From contig CAYPEN010000001.1 of NCBI GenBank assembly GCA_964409875.1, positions 1,313-65,312 on the forward strand: a stretch of DNA of 64,000 nt. Reading direction: 5' to 3'. This DNA is from an uncultured Gammaproteobacteria bacterium (GTDB lineage Bacteria > Patescibacteriota > Microgenomatia > Levybacterales > GWA1-39-11). Both the position numbers and the translations under genes were made by a program. Of this stretch, positions 58,506 to 64,000 are shown piece by piece; position 1 is the first letter of the stretch, and every line of letters begins with the position of its first letter. The notes below the pieces were generated by a model. The model was not told where the DNA came from. It made no database searches and saw only the letters and a program-made list of their open reading frames with translations.

Positions 58506-60212
58506 TTATTTAGCGCTTGAGCTGTTTTTTTCTTCAATTCCAGCCGCTGCAAATGCCTCATCTACCAGTCGATAAATCTCTTTCACTTCGGTTCTGGTAA
58601 GACCATGGCGATATTTGTTCATGATATCTGCTGCAACAGCTTCTTTTTGAGTGTAGTCCGGGTGGTGATCTTTACCGCTTGAGCCTGGTTTTAAGAAGTT
58701 TTTTTCTTGCAAATTGATGATATTTCGAGTACTCACCCTTAAGATCGCGCTTAGTTGTAGATGCCCGATTCTCTGCAGCCCTGTATCCAATACTGTCTTT
58801 ATAGATTTATCTATTTCATTCCGGATATCAGGGACCCTTTTTTCAATATTTAGAACTTTTGGTTCACGTACTGGTTGCTCAACAGGCAGTGGGGTGCTTG
58901 ATAAAAGTATCGTTTCCTCTTCGTTTTTAGCTTCATATTCGGCTTCGTCTGTCATTTCAGAAACTGTTTCAGTCTCAATTTCTTCAACCAGTGAGGAAGA
59001 CACTTCCTTAACGGATGTATCTTCAGAAATTTTTACCTCAACATCTTCTGACAGTTGTTCAAGTGTCTCTTCTCTTTCATCTACTTGTTCTTTAGCTTCT
59101 TTTTGCTTAAGTTGAATTTCAAAAAAGTCAGCAAGGGTTTTTTGAACACTCTCGTAGGTTTGTCTGTCCTCACCTGGGAACTTTTCTTTCATTTTATCCC
59201 ATAATGCGAGCTCAATGTCAGAAATATTTTTTGTTCCTTTTCTCTTTATTCGTACAAAAAAGAATTGTGTTGCATTCCTCAATGCAGCCCAGGCTTGGCC
59301 TCTGTGATAGGGTCTTCCGTTTTTCATCAACCCAAGTCCATCAATAATTTCCTTTTGGATTAGGGCCCCATCCATAATGAGTCCAATAGCACTAGCATTC
59401 CTGTCTGATATTGGATGCTTGAGTGGAGATTCTTTTTTCGGTTTTTCCTCTGCTTCACTTTTCGGGGATTGTTCAACCGTGACTATTGTAATTTTTATCG
59501 GTTCTTTGTCCGACTTTGTACGCTCAATTCTTTCGTCATCTTTCAGTGGTAACTGAGTGAGATTTGCGGAAATTTTTGCTCGTGAATCACGATCATCAAC
59601 TCCATAAATCGATAATGCTGCTTCAGCGTAAGTAAATGAACCTGATCTTAAAAGATCATAAATTTCTTGTCTGTATGTTTTCTTTTTTGGCTGACTTTCA
59701 CCTTGAGCTGCTTCAATTATTATTGACTGTTCTTGCACAGGAACGACAGTTGAGGTTAATTCTTCTTGTATAGAGGTTTCAGATGGTTGTTCTGTTTCCG
59801 TTACTGCTTGAACGGTAGTTCTTGACTTAAGATTATGCAATTGGCTTTGTGCGATAGTAAGGGCTTCTTTCGTCGGTAAAAACCCTTTTTCATCAAGTGT
59901 CTGAAGCTGCACAACCTTTCGCTCGAGAACTTCTACGCGGTTGGTTATTTCACTCTCTACTTCCTCGTTTTGTTGTTGTAGAGTAGGGATAGCATTTTCT
60001 GATAAAGCCTGTTTGATTTGACCTATTCGAAGCGCATTATCGACAAAATCAGGGTCGGTTGCATCTGAAATGTCCAATGCGTGACTTACGGGAGCAAATT
60101 CGGCCGTCCCAATGGTCTCAAAAACCCTTTGTGCTTTTACAAGGTGTCCTTGCGACTTTGCTGCGTGTTCTTGAAGCTCGTCTACATTCATTACTGATAA
60201 TTCTTTATTCAT
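58506..60212 (-). CDS. Coiled-coil plus multiple HTH-like domain protein (C-terminal MerR-like)
   Basis: LSAILRVSTRNIINLQEKNFLKP...Y MerR-like pattern; consensus promoter upstream. Confidence 0.7.
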   Translation of the reverse strand: MNKELSVMNVDELQEHAAKSQGHLVKAQRVFETIGTAEFAPVSHALDISDATDPDFVDNALRIGQIKQALSENAIPTLQQQNEEVESEITNRVEVLERKVVQLQTLDEKGFLPTKEALTIAQSQLHNLKSRTTVQAVTETEQPSETSIQEELTSTVVPVQEQSIIIEAAQGESQPKKKTYRQEIYDLLRSGSFTYAEAALSIYGVDDRDSRAKISANLTQLPLKDDERIERTKSDKEPIKITIVTVEQSPKSEAEEKPKKESPLKHPISDRNASAIGLIMDGALIQKEIIDGLGLMKNGRPYHRGQAWAALRNATQFFFVRIKRKGTKNISDIELALWDKMKEKFPGEDRQTYESVQKTLADFFEIQLKQKEAKEQVDEREETLEQLSEDVEVKISEDTSVKEVSSSLVEEIETETVSEMTDEAEYEAKNEEETILLSSTPLPVEQPVREPKVLNIEKRVPDIRNEIDKSIKTVLDTGLQRIGHLQLSAILRVSTRNIINLQEKNFLKPGSSGKDHHPDYTQKEAVAADIMNKYRHGLTRTEVKEIYRLVDEAFAAAGIEEKNSSSAK

Positions 60213-60222
60213 AGTGGCGGAT

Positions 60223-60251
60223 ATTATACAAAAAGTATCCTGTAGTGTCAA
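60223..60251 (-). promoter_or_regulatory. Perfect consensus sigma70 promoter
   Basis: TTGACA-17 nt-TATAAT on the minus strand, 10 nt before ATG 60212. Confidence 0.8.
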
Positions 60252-60280
60252 TATTAAGAAGAAAAAGTGCCGGAAATTAT

Positions 60281-61516
60281 TTACTTGGCGGAAGGAAGCG
60301 GGTGCTCCTTTTCCCATTCATCAACCCTCTGAAGAATTGCAAGCATTATCTCTTCCCTCTGTTGCTTGTTCAATCTTTTATTTTTCAGTATAGCTGTCGT
60401 AAGTCCATCAGCAAAGGTAAACATCATATGGTGGTCATTTGATGACGGTTCAAGTTTTAATGTTCCGTCATGTTGAAGCCTGTCGCTATCGTCGCTATGA
60501 AACCCGAATGCTTCATTAGCAGCGTTTGGTTTGAATCTCTGCCGCATGTCAATGACACGGTTTTTGGCAATGTACTTTGCAATTTCAGCGTCAACAATTG
60601 CTAAAGCATCGAACTCTCTTTTCGGCGCTCTTTCTCTGGTTATTGGTGCAGGTTTTGGTGTAGCAGCCGTAGGTTGGAATTCCTCAGGATGGAAAAAATC
60701 ATAAATTTTTTCACGGAATTCATTTCTCATCTGTCGGGACCCATTTGCGGTTGTAGCTCCTCTTATAAATGACCAGGCATCCACTTCTGCTGCACTTGCA
60801 TCTCCTTCCGTAATCTTTGAATATAATTTTGTGAATAACGCATTTATTAACCGTTCTGCATCTGTTTCTGAAAACGGATAGCGAGCAGTTTGATTTAACG
60901 CGTCTAAAACCCCCTCAATTGTTCCCCCATTTGCTATAAGTTGGAGAGCATGAAGCTTACTTGAATCGATGCCAGGTTCCTGTAGTATTTGGGTTTCAGC
61001 AGGCACGTGAGGTGTCTCAACAGGAGGAACTACCGCATGTTCCGGTGGGTTCTTTTCTGGTTGGTCGGCCGATGGTAAGACTGAGGGATGGAGTTCTTCG
61101 TCTATTTTTCTCAACGCTTCCTCTACCATTCCAATTACACTTTGGTTGGTCAAAGCACCTTTGCCTTCAAGTTCTCTCAATTCATGCAGATTCATGGTGT
61201 ATTCCGCAGCATCTGAGAGTAATTGTTGGCGGTCTGCAATTTTTTCCTTGAGCGAGCGCTGCAATTCCTCAAGTGCCGGTAGGGACCTATGCATTATGGC
61301 ATCGTTCACCCGGGAACTTGCGAGTGTTGTCGCAATTAGCTCTTTCAAGTAATTTGGGTGGTCGGGGGTAGGGGGAATGTATTTCTCAGGACCTTGAAAA
61401 TCGGGTGTTCCAATTGTTGCAGAAATGTGCTCAAGTTTGGTAGCTGCTGTGGCGAATTTATCAGCACGTTCTTGAAGCTGCGCTATTTCCGGAGGGGTTT
61501 GTCCTCTGTCTTCCAT
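60281..61516 (-). CDS. Paralog of 58506..60212
   Basis: Shared motifs LQE.A.K, TIGT..F, L..L..KG.L, DHH. Confidence 0.7.
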   Translation of the reverse strand: MEDRGQTPPEIAQLQERADKFATAATKLEHISATIGTPDFQGPEKYIPPTPDHPNYLKELIATTLASSRVNDAIMHRSLPALEELQRSLKEKIADRQQLLSDAAEYTMNLHELRELEGKGALTNQSVIGMVEEALRKIDEELHPSVLPSADQPEKNPPEHAVVPPVETPHVPAETQILQEPGIDSSKLHALQLIANGGTIEGVLDALNQTARYPFSETDAERLINALFTKLYSKITEGDASAAEVDAWSFIRGATTANGSRQMRNEFREKIYDFFHPEEFQPTAATPKPAPITRERAPKREFDALAIVDAEIAKYIAKNRVIDMRQRFKPNAANEAFGFHSDDSDRLQHDGTLKLEPSSNDHHMMFTFADGLTTAILKNKRLNKQQREEIMLAILQRVDEWEKEHPLPSAK

Positions 61517-61532
61517 ATAAAAATATTGTAGC

Positions 61533-61606
61533 AAAAAGAAAAAGTGCCGGAAGGGAAGGTTTGGAACCTACAAAACACTCAGATAAGCTCTGAGTTGCCT
61601 TCCGGC
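61533..61606 (-). terminator. Branched intrinsic terminator of islet D
   Basis: gccggaagg/ccttccggc stem followed by a T-rich tail on the minus strand. Confidence 0.6.
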
Positions 61607-61638
61607 CAAAGTCGGTTACTACACTGCGGGAGTGGGGC

Positions 61639-61785
61639 CTAGCGCGCCTGCGCTTGGGAGACCGTTAGCCGTTGGGCAGGGACACGGTCGTTGTTGTTGA
61701 GCTTGAAGCTCTCATCGCGTTGCCGTTTCTTGGCAGCTTTTCGAGCTTCGTCGCGTTGCCGGGCTGCAGACCGGGCGGCTTTCAC
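61639..61785 (-). CDS. 48-aa basic peptide (islet D)
   Basis: GTGA overlap with the upstream stop; MKAARSAARQRDEARKAAKKRQRDESF... Confidence 0.45.
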   Translation of the reverse strand: MKAARSAARQRDEARKAAKKRQRDESFKLNNNDRVPAQRLTVSQAQAR

Positions 61786-61952
61786 GAAGAGACCCCGACA
61801 GGCTGCAGCTTCGTGGCCGCAAACCTACCAGAGACGGAAGCGGTGAGGGTCCTTGTTGTGGACCCTCCGGGCGTAGGGCCTTGTTGGGCCTTCCGCGCCA
61901 TGCGCCTGTTCTTGGAAGCTTTCTGCCTCCATGGTTCTCTCGCTTTGCTCAA
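61782..61952 (-). CDS. 56-aa basic peptide (islet D)
   Basis: TTG start after SD aggagagg; MSKAREPWRQKASKNRRMARK... Confidence 0.45.
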   Translation of the reverse strand: MSKAREPWRQKASKNRRMARKAQQGPTPGGSTTRTLTASVSGRFAATKLQPVGVSS

Positions 61953-62177
61953 GTTGCCTCTCCTGATTGTGTTGTGCCCCTAACCGCAGTGTTGTTCCCA
62001 ATGAATTTAACATAGAACCAAATAACCTCTACCATGGGAAACCCAGGGATTCAGTTAAGCTTAGTCCGCTGTTACTAATAGTATACTGCTATATTGCAAA
62101 AAAGTAAGTGTTTTGTATGGAATAAGAAAGAATTAATTTGGTTTGCAATTTGACTTTAGACCCGTATAATTTAGTGT

Positions 62178-63449
62178 ATGCGATTTCATAGAAGCGTTCT
62201 TTCGAATGGGGTAAGAGTCATTGTTGTTCCTGTTGCAGGAGTTGAGTCGGCGACGACTTTAGTCATGTACGGAGCAGGCAGTAGATACGAGGAAAAGAAG
62301 AACAACGGTATTTCCCACTTTTTAGAGCACATGGCCTTTAAAGGTACCACCAATAGACCATCAGCCCGTGAAATTTCTGCGCTCATTGACGGGATCGGCG
62401 CAGAATTTAATGCTTTTACCGGTAAGGAATACACTGGTTACTACATAAAATCAGCCACAACGCATGTCAATTTATGCCTTGATGTGCTTTCCGATATGCT
62501 TAAGAATTTACTTCTCGACCCTGCAGAAATTGAGCGGGAAAAGGGAGTAATAATAGAAGAAATCAATCTTTATGAAGATACTCCGATGCGAAACATAGGA
62601 GATATTTATGAACGGCTTTTGTACGGAGATACGCCTCTGGGATGGGATACGGCTGGAACTCCGGACATTATAAAAAGCTTAAATCGTGATGACTTCGTAA
62701 ATTATATGGGCAGACTTTACAGCGCCCACAACATGACGGTTGTTGTTGCGGGAAATGTTCATCTGGAGACAATTCACAAAGAAATTGAAAAGTATTTTGG
62801 TGATGTTCCCAGATTTGACGTCGAGAAATTTTTGCCAATTCATGAAAAACAACATAAATACGAAGTTGCAATAAAACACAAAAGGACTGAGCAGGCGCAT
62901 TTTGCATTGGGAGTCAGGACCGTTGGAATTCATGACAAGAAAGACAGATATCCTTTGGAAATTTTGGCCTCAATTTTGGGAGGAGGCATGTCATCGAGGC
63001 TTTTTTATGAGGTACGTGAACGGCGCGGGTTGTCGTATTATGTGAGAACATCCTCGGACCATTATATAGATGCCGGCTACATGGCAACATATGTCGGGGC
63101 AGATCCAAAGAGAATTGATGAGGCAATACAAGTTGTTGCCGAAGAATATGTAAAGGTAAGTGAGAAAGGGGAGATAACCGAGGATGAGCTGAAAAAGGCA
63201 AAGGAGTACACAAAGGGGCATTTTGTTTTGGAGCTGGAGGACACGAGAAGTGCCGCGATAATGTATGCATCCCAAGAAATTTTGCAGCATGAGTTACATA
63301 ATCCGCACGAAGTTATTGAAAGAATAGAAAAAGTGAGCGTGGATGACGTTCACCGCGTTGCAAAAGAATATCTGGATACAAAATTATTGTCGTTAGCGGT
63401 TATTGGTAATTTTGAGGATAAAGACCGCTTTGAAAGGTTGCTAAGATAA
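62178..63449 (+). CDS. M16 family zinc peptidase (pitrilysin-like)
   Basis: HFLEH (HxxEH), NAFT, SSRLF.EVRE.RGL.Y. Confidence 0.95.
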   Translation: MRFHRSVLSNGVRVIVVPVAGVESATTLVMYGAGSRYEEKKNNGISHFLEHMAFKGTTNRPSAREISALIDGIGAEFNAFTGKEYTGYYIKSATTHVNLCLDVLSDMLKNLLLDPAEIEREKGVIIEEINLYEDTPMRNIGDIYERLLYGDTPLGWDTAGTPDIIKSLNRDDFVNYMGRLYSAHNMTVVVAGNVHLETIHKEIEKYFGDVPRFDVEKFLPIHEKQHKYEVAIKHKRTEQAHFALGVRTVGIHDKKDRYPLEILASILGGGMSSRLFYEVRERRGLSYYVRTSSDHYIDAGYMATYVGADPKRIDEAIQVVAEEYVKVSEKGEITEDELKKAKEYTKGHFVLELEDTRSAAIMYASQEILQHELHNPHEVIERIEKVSVDDVHRVAKEYLDTKLLSLAVIGNFEDKDRFERLLR

Positions 63450-63525
63450 GCCTTTCCTCTGTATGGTATGCGGAAGTTTTGTTTCAAAACTTTCTAAAAA
63501 GAGGAAGAAAGTCATGGATCCGCTA
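63447..63525 (+). repeat. Dispersed hairpin element, copy 3
   Basis: ttcctct...atgcggaagtttt..aaaactttctaaaaagaggaagaaagtcatggatccgct. Confidence 0.8.
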
Positions 63526-63554
63526 AAGATAGGTTTGAAAAGCTTTTAAAGTGA
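63524..63554 (+). pseudogene. Recoded remnant of the last 9 codons of the M16 peptidase
   Basis: KDRFEKLLK* versus gene end KDRFERLLR*. Confidence 0.85.
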
Positions 63555-63566
63555 TATACTTCGATT

Positions 63567-64000
63567 ATGGACTCAGCAGGAGAACAAGAAAAAGCACCAC
63601 AGCCCTCAATAGAACAAGCCCCAAACACACCCGAAGTTCATGCAAGTGAAAGTCTTGCGGAAAAATATCCTCTTCAGACGATGGAGTTTGGAAAATTGGG
63701 AACTGTGAGTTTCCGTGATATTGCTCCCGAAATGCCCCGTCCCGGGGGGGAGGTTCCAATGGTGATGATGACAGGATGGGCCATGAATCAGGATGTCATT
63801 GGAAATACTACTCAAGCACTCGTGGAGGCGGGACAGCGTGTAGTTCCATTTGATATTAAAGGCGGAGGAAAAGGAGTTGAGGGAGTAGGAGATACGTCCG
63901 CAGAAATCAACAGACAGGGTGAACTTTTGAAAAAATGGATTGAGCAGAGTGGGAACGAAAAATTGCACCTTGTCGGCCAATCAATGTCTGCTTTGGTTCT
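63567..64000 (+). CDS. Alpha/beta hydrolase (3'-partial)
   Basis: Open from ATG 63567 to the window end; MTGW, RVVPFD..G.G, HLVGQSMS nucleophile elbow. Confidence 0.75.
   Translation, partial: MDSAGEQEKAPQPSIEQAPNTPEVHASESLAEKYPLQTMEFGKLGTVSFRDIAPEMPRPGGEVPMVMMTGWAMNQDVIGNTTQALVEAGQRVVPFDIKGGGKGVEGVGDTSAEINRQGELLKKWIEQSGNEKLHLVGQSMSALV

Noticed and set aside
61639-62013. Stop-codon readthrough or recoding joining 61825..62013 to the downstream frame
   Set aside because: Two ORFs with an SD and a GTGA overlap explain it more simply, and TAG and TGA terminate many intact genes here, consistent with code 11.

Overview
The window looks like a Patescibacteria/CPR chromosome, probably Microgenomates (inferred from gene content, many ORFans and mostly SD-less starts; genetic code 11). 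It begins inside a >2,860-aa tail-fibre-like surface protein. Next come a four-helix-bundle gene enclosed by inverted heptamer arrays, an envelope cluster (two class-A beta-lactamase-like hydrolases, two LytR_C proteins, a beta-helix adhesin), tRNA-Tyr/Thr/Trp, rpmG, glpX, a cohesin/dockerin trio with defensin-like Cys repeats, a PurD-like ATP-grasp pair, rnhB-uppS, era, a SurA-like gene, fba-pgk, secE-nusG-rplK-rplA, galU, a FabD-like/PlsC-like pair, argS and an M16 peptidase. The strongest unexplained signal recurs at seven sites (tRNA-Tyr 3' end, tRNA-Thr anticodon loop and D-loop, rpmG, SurA-like, rplK, M16 peptidase), with weaker cases at tRNA-Trp and the tRNA-Tyr 5' end. At each, the terminal piece of a conserved gene is duplicated, in protein genes as a synonymously recoded copy. 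The copies are separated by small inserts with a shared hairpin grammar, X-TAA...TTG-X' (degenerate at M16), whose arms are taken from the target and whose junction falls at a TA dinucleotide. This suggests a structure-guided, integron-like gene-end-replacing mini-cassette system; no recombinase is present in the window. Also seen: a family of heptamer-periodic hairpins (one in frame inside argS), four GC-rich small-ORF islets with strong SD sites (three with boxA-like leaders), and pervasive leaderless promoters. All calls come from reading the sequence by eye; no searches were run.
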